Shown: one piece after another, positions 47,101 through 59,100 of the stretch | How positions within the stretch are numbered: position 1 is the stretch's first letter | Layout of the letters: each line of letters begins with the position of its first letter | Origin: Hydrolagus colliei | Lineage: Eukaryota | Assembly: GCA_035084275.1 (NCBI GenBank) | Contig: CM068749.1 | Coordinates: 9,114,001-9,178,000 of the forward strand | DNA: 64,000 nt | Direction: 5' to 3' | Position numbers and translations under genes: made by a program | The notes under the pieces: model-generated | Databases searched by the model: none | The model's input: only the letters and a program-made list of their open reading frames with translations | Told to the model about the DNA's origin: nothing

Positions 47101-50100
47101 CTAAGAAGCAAAATGAAAGTAGAAAATGTCTGATTTCATTGTACAAGCTCCAAAGCACCACAATGTTTGAATCCAGCACGTGCCATCCTACCTGCACAGC
47201 CACATTCTGCTTTCGCACATGTTCCAGATTCTTCTCCTGATTGTTGTTTTTCTTTGGTTCAGTCTTTCTCTTATTGCTGTCTCTTTTTATTTCCATTTTG
47301 TTTGCATTGTCACTTCCTTTGTTAAAGTCCCTCCTATCCTTCACGCCTTCTTTCTGGTGGTGATTCCGATTCTGTTCCCGTGGTTTAATATTCTCTTTGA
47401 AAGTAACAAGTTTCTCCCCACTTTCCGAGCTGTTGCCCTGAGTCTTGCCTGAAGACAAGACTGATTTTAGCCCCTGACCAATCTCCAAGGTGGGTTCTGA
47501 AAAGGAAGATTCCAGGAGGATCAGTCCATCTTTGGACTCAGAAGAATCCTCAACCAGTTCTGCGATGTCAGTTAGGAACAGTAGTTTGCCTTCCTCACTT
47601 TTGCTCTGGATAAGTCTGGAGAAAATAAAACCACACAGAATAATGTTTGAGCAAAACTATGCAATCGGGTTATGGAAAAGTGCCTTTAAGACAGTCAAAA
47701 CTTTTAAAGTGTATCCCAACTTTTAACAATGCTCTATGCTGTGAGTTGCCAGCATATAGATTGTGGATATATTTGAACAACAGATTTTATGTACAGTACT
47801 AATTTAGTGGCATCACATATTGCTCCACGTGACAGTAAGCATGCACGAGTGACTGACTGGAAACAGATACTACCACCACCATGTGTCTAGTTTTAATATA
47901 AATATTGTCAAAGGGTTTATACTTTTTTTTTATTTTCACCTGGCCTGAAATCAAGCTTTTTAATTTAAAAAATGCTCCTCAGAATATCCCATCAATAAAA
48001 TTGATTCCACTCGGGAGCCATTTACAGTTAAGTTGAGGCATCGAACTGTCTGCAGTCAATCTGAGTGACAGACTACTTTGTCATGCCATACCTGGAATGA
48101 TTTTCTGCTATCCATTTTCCAAAAGTAAGTAATCGCTGGTGCCGGGTCCTTAGCTGCTGCCCTTCCTTGTCCACTACAATTCCTTGGTGCCCCTTTGTGA
48201 AATCAAGATTCCTGTACAAGAAAGCAAGATGCAATAATATTAATGCAGATCATTTCATACTATCCATCACACTGTAATACAAATATATCAATGCAATCTC
48301 AGTAATATACACTGTAAATGTTAACCAAATATATTTCCAGTTTCAGTCGTTAATCAACATTTGACTTTTTTTAAAATCAGTTAGCTAAAATCGGTAAGCG
48401 ATGGGTAAACACAAACAGAGAAGCTATTTCTCCCAAAACTTAGGTTGCACCACTACTCCTCAAATGTAGAAAGCACCTGGCACAAATTGCAAGTGGCCAG
48501 GATTGCTTTCTTATAATAAGTATTCTACGATATTTCACATTCCCCTTCATTCGTCAGTTCATGGGATACAAAAATCCCGTGATCAAAACAGAGCTGCAAC
48601 TCCAGCGAGTGTAACAAAATAGGTTGGCCAGCAACTAACACACTGAAACTCTGCCTTAATTTTCTCTACCATCCAAAAAGCCGGTACAGAATATCAGCCT
48701 TACTCATCACTTCTGCTGTGGAACTGAGTATTTCTACAAGGGTCATGTTTACGTATCCTACATCCCAAATCAGCCTAGTTTCTGGTTACATTGCAAGCCA
48801 GAGTGACACCAATGTCAAACAGAGCAGCCAAAGATCACTAGTGTCAGTGCCAAATGCACTCAGTTCACCAATACCCACCATACCATTACTGCTAAATATA
48901 TTGTGTATGCGCAATAGATTTTGCAATGCCATCAGCTACAAATTCAGAAGACAAACAGAGAATCAGTAGTCACACTATGAGTTAAATCATTTTGTTACAA
49001 AAACTAATTTTTGCTGGTTAAGTATTTTGATTAAGGACAACCTTGAATTTATACTATAATTATATTTTAAAATTTGCAAATTGCAGTGCAGGTACTTACA
49101 TTGGTCACCCTGCCTGGGAATATGCACTTGCTCTGCTTGCTTACCCCCATTTACTGTTTCTCAGTGGAAACACCCGCAGATACCTACTGTGTTGAAGCTA
49201 ACCTTATTCCCAAGTGAGAGCTGCAAAGTACCTTACAAGCAACACAGAGCACATTAATGATTCATACAGACCACCATGTCACCATTTCCTGAAGTGGTGC
49301 GCAATTGACTTTCAGTAAACGTGCAACACAATAAACTGACAGACTTCACAACTACACTTGCGGATTTATTCTAGTTCTGTTTCATAAACAAAACAAGATC
49401 TGGACAGACTCCGAGACAGTCTGAAACTTCAGTAATTGGTTATTGATAAATGCCACCGCTGCACATTCCATAGATCAATGATTTATGTGAGGAAATAGAG
49501 CTTAACATATCTAAATTTGCGGATGATACAAAGCTAGGTGGAAGAGTAAGATGTGAGGATGACACAAGACAAATTCAAAGGGATATAAAACAGAAGTTGC
49601 TGGGAAACTCAGCAGGTCAGGCAGCATCCATGGAGAAAGGAAAATGAGTCAACGTTTCAGGTCTACAACCCTTCGTCAGAACTGGGATTTGTTTGGAGGG
49701 AGAGGTTTTTAAAGACTTTAGAGGGGGAGAGGCTGAACATGGAAGACAAAGGAGACAAAGGAAAAATAATGTTAACTGATGGATTGAAAATAAACAAAAG
49801 GACGAAACAAAGATTTGCATTTTTAATTAATAAAACAGAAATTTGGGCTAGATTAGTGAATTCACACAAAGCAGGGCCCATGGAAACAATGATTCGGGAA
49901 CTTGGCTCATCAACTCATGTGAAGGATAGCATCTCAAAACATTGCATTAGAATTCCACTATGATCTCAAAGTCCCAATGTGTGACTTGAGCCCATAACCT
50001 TCTGATTCAGAGTAGAGTGTTCCCAACTGAGCAAGGTTGCCTTTATTTTAAGCATTGCATTTGAATCCTCTGAAGAAAACATTCAAATGATTTGCTTGAA

Positions 50101-53100
50101 AGGTTTCACTTGAAGTGTAAATATTCAAATCACAAGCTACTTTTTTTTACTATAACATAAAGTCAGACACAGCAATCGTAGTCTGCATTCAAATTGATGA
50201 CTCAATTGGGGAGATATGTTTTAAGCAATTTAGCACTGCAACACACGTAAAATACAACAAAAGTTTTACCTTAGGGAAGGCCTGAGAGCAAGAAATCCCT
50301 GCAGCTCAAATTCTTCAGGAAGAGGAGTGGCTGTAAGAGGAGGGAAAAAGCAAGAAATATAATCCATGTCTGTGTTTGTCAAAAGTTTGTTACATTTTCA
50401 TTTAAAGACATTGCTGCAGAAATTACTTTACTCGGTTTTAAAAATTAATTGGGCACCTCGTACATTACCTTTAGGGTCTGCTGATTTTTTTTAACATTAG
50501 AATGACCGACAGTTTGATATAGGATAACATGTCTTCCTAACGTGTATCAAAATTCTGTTGAATTCAACTTCTGGCACTGCACAAATTATAATATTCACTG
50601 GAAACCCTACACAAAGTGTTTCTTTTTAAGTCAACAAGCTTATCCGAACAAGCATATGCGACCTGAGTTTATCATCTCTTCTGAAGGACAGCATCTCGTA
50701 GAATTAGAATGCCATCATGAGTCCTCAACAAACATTAAAGAAAAGTTCTAGAGTAAGATAATCATTATATTTTCATTGTGAAGCGCTTTGGGTGAGATAT
50801 CCTCTCGACATCAAAGGTGCTATAACAAATGCAATGATTATTTGTGGCTTTACAAACCAGCTTGTTTCACCTCATCATCAATGAAAGTACTTTCCTGCTA
50901 CTCTACAGTGAATCAGTCTGTTATACTAAACAGGTATAATCTATCTGCTACCCTCTGACATTTTAGTATCCAATTACAATCCTCCTCACTCAGCTCATGC
51001 TTGAAGAGTGCAACTATGGATACAACTTCATTTGTTGGTACCTAAATGATAAATCAAGCACTTAGTTCATGTACGTTGTTGAGCCTGAATAAAAATAATA
51101 TCGAAACCACTTCTTCATGTCTACAGTTTATCTATTTGGTTGTTGAACTTCAGAATAAATCATTCATCATTTCAAAACCCGTTAAAAAAACAATAATCCC
51201 ATATTTGATATAGCAACTTTGAGAAACATTTCAAAGCCCTCAAAAACTTTCTGTAAAGTAGGGTGTCTGTGGGCAAACATGGCAGCCAATTTACATGCAA
51301 TGAAAACAGCAATGAAGTGAACAACAAGTTGAAATAAAAAAAACTTACCATTAAAAGTACATAGATCATCCTCTTGAGGTTGAAAACTGTTCAGCAAAGA
51401 TACAACCCAGGGCCAAATGCTGTAAAAGAGTCACCATAGGTACTAAAATACAAATAATAAATATTCCTTGCATTTGATGCAACACCCTACCAGATAGGAT
51501 TAACTTGCAATGGGTCTCCCCACTCCAACTATAGCGTTGAACAAGAGGCAAGTAGAAATAGGAATTTCAACCAGATTAATACAACAGAATTATCAGCAGA
51601 AAATTATGATAATAACCCTTACTGTTGACATTTCATATCAGAATGAAACCTCAAAGTGATTTACAGGATTGTAGTGAATGTATTTAGTAGGCAAACTCAA
51701 CAGCAATGGCCCACGAACAGCCATTAAGTAAAATTATCAATTTTGTTGGTCAGCACAATGGGAGAACCTCCCTTCATTTTCAAATAGTGTCACAGATTCT
51801 TTAACATCCACTTGAAGAAGGGTTTAATCCAAATGACAGCAGCTCCTAAAATTCAACAGACTACATTGGTGTCAGACTAGACTGTAATCATGAAAATATG
51901 CATGAAATTTAAATGCATTTCTGTCATTAAATTGGGCATGAATAAGATCCAATTTAGAGCAAAACCAAATTAATAGTTAACAATGGCAAGGGCTGTCTGT
52001 GTCTGAAATTATTAATTACCAAAAAATAATACATTAACCATAACCACCAATTGCTTCAGAAATTCAATGCTTAGAGTGGGAACATCAATAGCAATATCTA
52101 TTTGTTCTTAGATGAATACTTACTGCTGCCTTTCCTCTAACGCACTCTCCTGAAAGACATTAGCTCTGAGTTTCAGCCAATCCAACGAAACTTTAACAGC
52201 TGGTAGTGGGCATTCACCCAAGATTTCTTTAAGATTCTCATCCTGTAATGCACACTTGCACATGACGCCAAGGAACGTCACTAGAAAACAGAGACAGAGT
52301 GGAAAAAAACAGAATAAGTATAAGCTACTATTAAAAAGATGTTTGGCACAAATCTGCACACCTGTGAGTGAGAGGAAACTGCTGATGGAATATTTTGATC
52401 ATTCCATCAAATGATGGCATCAGTACTCCTACTGACCCCCCTACCCCCTCCAAATTACTCCCGACCACATCAACTAGATAGAAACGTGCTTGTGTATTAC
52501 ATTTATCTTTTCACTTCCCAAAGGTTATAGGTTCTGGGTGATATGAATAGGGACAATGTGTTATATTTCAACAGAAATTTATGCTGTAAGGTCACGTGTA
52601 CTGAGACTAAATCACTAAAAGAAACATCCGTCTGTGCTGGATGTTACCAAGGTTACAGACAAAGTTCTAGTTTTCTCAGACTATGACATGCAGCTGCCTG
52701 CTTCCTGGGTTATTTTAATTCAATCTTGCAGAGACTCAGTTCATTTGGTCATAGGTTTCAAAAAGGAATAATATCTAGCTACATATATGATTTTTTAAAA
52801 ATCATTGTTTCAAAGCACAACATGGGATAGAATTCAATGGAGGCATATGACCAAAATACCTGTATTAACTGGAGATGGTTTCAACCCGTAAGGTAAACGA
52901 GTTCTCTACTTATTGAAGTAAAACAATTCTATGTCACTTTGATAACATTCACTTCAACAGCTTACCACTGAAGTACAAACTGCAGCAAAGATTTGCACGC
53001 AGTTACATTCTAAAATATGTTTTTTTAAATCTATTACATCTTGAGGACTGAAGCCTGAGGAGGTGTAGTGGGGGATTAGTGCCTCAATGAATCCTTGAGC

Positions 53101-56100
53101 AATATAACAAGGAAATAAATAAGACAACTGAAAATCTCATCAAAATAAAATCTTGAATAGAATCAATCTATTAGGAAATATTTCCTGACAGTGAGATTAC
53201 TTTGGGGGTTTAAGATGCTCTGAGATGCCGTCCGGCGTGGAGGGCGCTATATAAATCAAAGTTGTTGTTGTTGTAGTAGTTTTATTTGCCCATTTATAAT
53301 CTAAATTTGGTTTTAAGCATTGTAACCAATAACTGATAATTATTAAAGGTTCAAATTTAAAACTGCATTGAAATAATGGCAATAGTTTGCTACAGCATTT
53401 AATCCATGAATACTTGACCTATCTGAACCAAAACACTAGTGAATGGGTTTGAATTATTCCTCGTCAATGGGATCAAATGACAATAAACTCAAAGATGGAA
53501 ATACAACTACTTGAGCAACTATAGTAATCCATTTGTGGTGACTATCCTCCAATATGCCATCTCATTCATCATTAGCAAGTTTGATCTTATTCACTTCCAG
53601 CAAATTGGAATGCTTTGTTTATCATTCACAGTGAGAAAAAAGGATTTTAAAAATAAATCAAATTCATGGTTTGCAAGTGACTGAAATTGTATTTCAAGGG
53701 CTATTTATTTACTGCATAGTAGGGAAAAAAGCACAAAAGCAACATGAACACAAATGTCACCTAACATTTATAGAAAAATGTCATAGAATGACAAGGTCAC
53801 ATCATTTGAAATACTAACAAGCAGCTGAGTGCCACAGACAAGCATTCGTGTTGACAGCACTAGCTTCCTGGTTTAGATTCCATCCAAACAAATGACCCGA
53901 TCACATGTCAAATGTTCAGATTCGGGGTTCTGTAGGTTGTTTTCAGATAAGGAATTTTACAAAAATACTGTTCCTACCTCTAAAATAAAAGGGGGCAAAG
54001 AGGCAGAAACACAGTGGTTTTTACTTTTAAAGTTAGAAAGGCTAAAAAAGTGGTAATATAAAACAGCATAGAAAACAATATGAGCAAACACATTTTAATA
54101 TTCATAGAAGCTGTTCCTAAATATTTGAGATTATTCACCGCCGGGGCAAGATAAATGTCGGCCATTTACCATTCTCTGTTAGCTGGCAGTAGCGCTGCAG
54201 TATTGCTACTTCTATTGTGACAAAGTTAATTCTCAGCACACTTTCTTTAGGGAGTAAAACATTATACAATTTTCCTTTTTAAGTCTGCATCCTTGAAACA
54301 GAGAAATTTGTGAGATTCAGATGACTTCACAGATTTCTTCAGAACCCTGAAAATCTGTGACTGAGCTACAGCCTTCGAGTTCTTTCCAAGCAACTGCACA
54401 ATTGTTGTTGGTTCACGCATTAAGTCTGACTGTAAGATGTTATGCACCGATTGCCACGGACCCAGATTTACGTAACAGATCAAAGGGTATACAACCCTTT
54501 GTTTTGCACAACTACTAACAGGTTTGATCATGCAAAAGTAATAGATCATTTAGCACACACTGATGATTATATAGTAGCCAAGATACCAGTGTAGAGGTAA
54601 GTGGCCAGTCACTCCTGATGTAGACCACACTGTTTTTCCTTAAACCACTGGATGGTATGTTGGGCAGCTAAAAAGCAACATAATAATCTGAAGATCTTTT
54701 AAAAAAAAACCCTTACTGAAGAGGCCAAGGAGTTGCGTCCAGCAAAGTAGTTCCTCCTCACTATAGCTTGGTTCTTCAGCCTCCATGCTGAAATCCCGCA
54801 AATGGTGTAATTCAAACAGGTTGATAACTGTGAGATGTACAAGCTGCTGAGAACTGAAAGCCTTTTGCGGAAGAAGTTTCTGTAAACAAACAAATCTAGA
54901 TAAGAATTACAAAACCAAAAGGATAATGCATTCCCTCCACAAACTGTTACAAAGACCATTGTAAGTATTGTGTCCAGTTTTGGTCATCTAACTTTCAGAA
55001 GAATGCCAGGGCCACAGAGTGGGTGTAGAGGAGATTTACTAGGATGACACAAGGGACAAGTGGTTTGATATGACCAGAAACTAAATCTATTTTGCAATAA
55101 TGAAAGTTATTGCAAAATAGATTTAGTTTCTGCTCATATCAAACCACTTGTCCCTTATACCATCCTAGTAAATCTTTTTCCCCTTCAATATTTCCGAAGC
55201 TAAGAAAATATCAGAAATTCCCCAACTATTTTCAAATTTTTCACTGTAATAAAAAGTCCTAAAAGACATGAATGAGCAACGCAGTGGGAACTTGCTGCGC
55301 AAATTACAATATATTATGCATCTTACCTTGAATTGGTCCTCCAGCCTCTCTCTCAGTCCACACAACTTCTCTAAACTTTTAGCCAGATAGACATGTCCGT
55401 GGAATTTAATAAAAGCCTTTATGAAGTCAGAAACATTCCACTTTGTCTTCACATCGTCACGGCTAAAAAAGAATAAAATTAATTGAATAACCACCAAATC
55501 ATTGGCCACACTTGCTGCTTACTTTGACCAAATTAGTATCCTTAGCATCAAGTGCTGTTAAATCTGCCATTTTCTTTGCTTCACTCTTAAAGCTAATATA
55601 GCAGGCCAGACTTGTATTAGCTATAATCTTGATTCGAGATACAAGCATATTTAAATTATTTGGGCTTTACAAAAATAAACAGAGTTTAACATATAAAGTA
55701 AATTTTCTTTCCCCGTCCTAATGGAACCATTATCTGGAGGAGAGACAGGCTACCATTAGGATGCAGTTTGAGGACAGATCATGTCCTCAAGATGATTTCC
55801 TCCTCCTTATCATTTTAGTGGGGAAGCATTTAACCTTTGTGTGGTGACATTAACTGATGCCCTAGAATATATAACTTGGTCACCTGCAGATACAAACTCT
55901 ATCCTGTTACTCTGTTGAACATATCGATAAATACATTCCTTCAATCAACAAAACCTAAACACTTATAACCCTGGATAATTGATTTTTTTAAAATCATAAT
56001 GGCAAAACAAAATGAATGCATATATACTATAAACTATTGCATGAATTTTGAATAAGATTTCCCGGCATGCAACATATACGTTTACATCTACTCGTAACTT

Positions 56101-59100
56101 TAATAGATTTCTTTGCTCACCTCTCCAAAGCCTTAGAAAGCGCTTTCTGCAGATTAGTGGAAGCAGCTGGGAAAGGAAATTTGACAGCAATACTTCTGCA
56201 ATAGTAGAAGATTGTTGTAAGGTGATCACCTTTGGAGGAAGCCAGGATTGCCAGCTGATTGTATGGCTGACCTGAAATAGAAAAGGTGATCAAAGTACCA
56301 TAATAAAATAGGACATATTGATCATTAGGTTGTGGCAAAGATTACATTGAAAAAACACTGCTCCATTTTAAACCACTTATCCTACATACCCACTCATCTG
56401 GGTTTGTAGGACTACCTACCACAAGCATTCCTTCAACACCTGTTTCAAAACCTTCCTCTTCAACCTTGCCTTCCCTCCACTCCTCCTGATTCCAACCCCA
56501 GCTCGGGTTCAATCCCTAACTATTGTCCAGAAGACATGAAAAGTGCTATATCAAATGCAAGGATCACTATTATTGTTATCATCATCCAGCATCTTAGTAC
56601 ATCCTCCCGACGTGAAAGGTGCTATACAAATGCAATTTGTTGTTCCTCATTTTAAAAAAAGAAATTGAGTTTGACAATCAAATACCATTGCTGGCCACCC
56701 ACCATACACTTGAAAGGGTGGAAAATAATAAAGGAAATTAAAATCATGCCTTATGATGCATTTGCATCAAACAATCTCCCAATGCTAGATAAGCCTAACT
56801 GCTAGATATGAATTTTAAAATGGTATTCAATGCATTGTAGCTAAAGTTTAACTTTACTCTGAGTAACTGAAATAAAGATGGATAATAAAGGTAAAGCTTA
56901 CCATTGGATGGAACAAGTTGAGCTGCATGTCTGTAGTAAGACTCAGCCTGGCTGGTTTGATTTCTGTATCGAGCTATCAACCAAAGAACAAAAATATCAG
57001 GGAACTCACATCTACATGGCTGACAAGAAAAGCGTATCCCTATATTACTTGCTCACCAATTTACTTGCGTAAAATTAGAATTCATTCCTCACATTGTTCA
57101 TCCCTGTAGTCCTCTTATTTGGTCCATTGATTTACGTCCTCCCGACGTGAAATGTGTTATACAAATATAATTCTGTGTTGTTGTTATTGGCACATTACAG
57201 AAAGTTTATGATATGAACTTGGCACCTAAAACCGTTTTCTTTAGAGTAGATTGTTGGAGAAAACAGAAGCTGTCATTCCGTCAATCTGGGCTGGATCAGA
57301 ATTCTGGACCCAAGATGCTGCTCTTTCACCTCTATCACACTGCTTGTTTACTCATTACTCACTTGCTAAAACAGTCAAAGAAAACTTTATGGAAGTACCT
57401 GCAAGTACACTGCATGCCTTTCCAACAATTACTGGACAGGCATTAAACAATCCACTTCCTAAAATGAGTGTACTGAAAAGTGCCCCTACCCCCACAACCT
57501 CATGACTTTCCTTTTCATTGAAGGATATTCGAGTAGCATTAATCTAAGTTTTCTGAACACTGCTAAATAGGAAGGGAGAATTTTTATAAACGTCGGTAAT
57601 TTCTCATAAACTTCTGACATAATATATAGTATTCAAAGTTGGAACTTAAGGATCAGCGAATGCAGAATTAGAACACGATTCAGTAATCTTGACCCCTGCT
57701 TCAAATACATAATTGACTTGAGGATTCATGACAAGTTCCTACTCCCGAGTGACAGATCACATAATCAGATAATATTACAGCATAGGAGGCCATTCAGCCT
57801 ATCATGCTTGTGCCGGTTCTTTGGAAGAGCTAACCAAATCAGTCCAACTCTTCGCTCTTTTCCTATACCCTTGCAATTTTTTCCTTTTCGAGTACCTATC
57901 TAATTAATATTTGAAAGGTGTTACTGAATATGCTTCCACCACCCTTTCAGGCATGTATTCCAGACCATATCTAGTGACTCTCCCCCTTGGGAGTACGTAC
58001 ATATTATTAATCCCAGGCCTGGTTGTTTACAATAGGCTGCTGACAATCACTTCAATATTTCATGTAAATATTGAATTGGCCTAACAAAATTTACTGACAT
58101 CAGTGATTTTGGATATGTTTAAATTCATGTTTATAGTCTTCAAATGTGCAATATTTAAGATTAATTGTTCACAGAATTAAAACGCTTTGACAAGGTATTA
58201 GAGGTTAGCTATGAAATTCTAACCCAATAAAAGGAAATTGTCAAAGAAATAAAATTGTCAAGGAGTAAAAATCTACTTCCAGGAACTGTAGTTTTTTTTA
58301 AATGAAGAGTGCAAAATAAACATGCAATATCTTGTGTTCACCAGCACTAACAGATACAACATAATCACATGGAACCTTCAGCTAGCTACTCATACTTCTA
58401 ATTTAGTCATGACTAACTCAGTAAAATATCTCTCTGTTTAAAGGGCGAATTCTGACACTGTCTCCGCAAGAATTGACTGGAAAGAGATTTGAGGGAGTTG
58501 AATTACTTGAAAATAGTCATTAACACAGGATGCTTCAGCCACACAGCCATGCCCATTGTTGAATGAGCTACTCCTCTAAGACAATTTCCCAATGGGATCA
58601 TTCTACTATGTAATATCTGAAATTTAAATACAGGCTGTCAATTTTCCGAAAAGCATCTTAAACAGACTCACATGGATGGAACCACAGAATATTCCTGAAC
58701 TTTTAAAAGCTATAAATTGGCTGGTTTTCATTTTGACACAGACATGTTACTTCACCACATTTAGATAATTGTGTCATCCCTTTTCCTACAGTGAATTGTT
58801 AGTAGGTTAGCAGTCTTTAAATATCCAACAAATTGGTGGGCATTGCCCATTCCATCATATATATATTGCCACTAACCATTGCTTTAACATACCTATGTCT
58901 CCGAGATGAACAAGGCAGTGCTGGCAGATATAAGAGCAAGAACTAGGTTGGGGCTTCACAATGCCACTGGTGCTGCACTGTTTATTGCTGATAATTCCTA
59001 GCTCTGAGGATTTAACTCGGCAGGGAAGGTCCACGTTGAAAACTGTGCACAGCTCCTGCAACAACTGAAAGGAATTTAAAAATAGGTAATATTATTTTTT

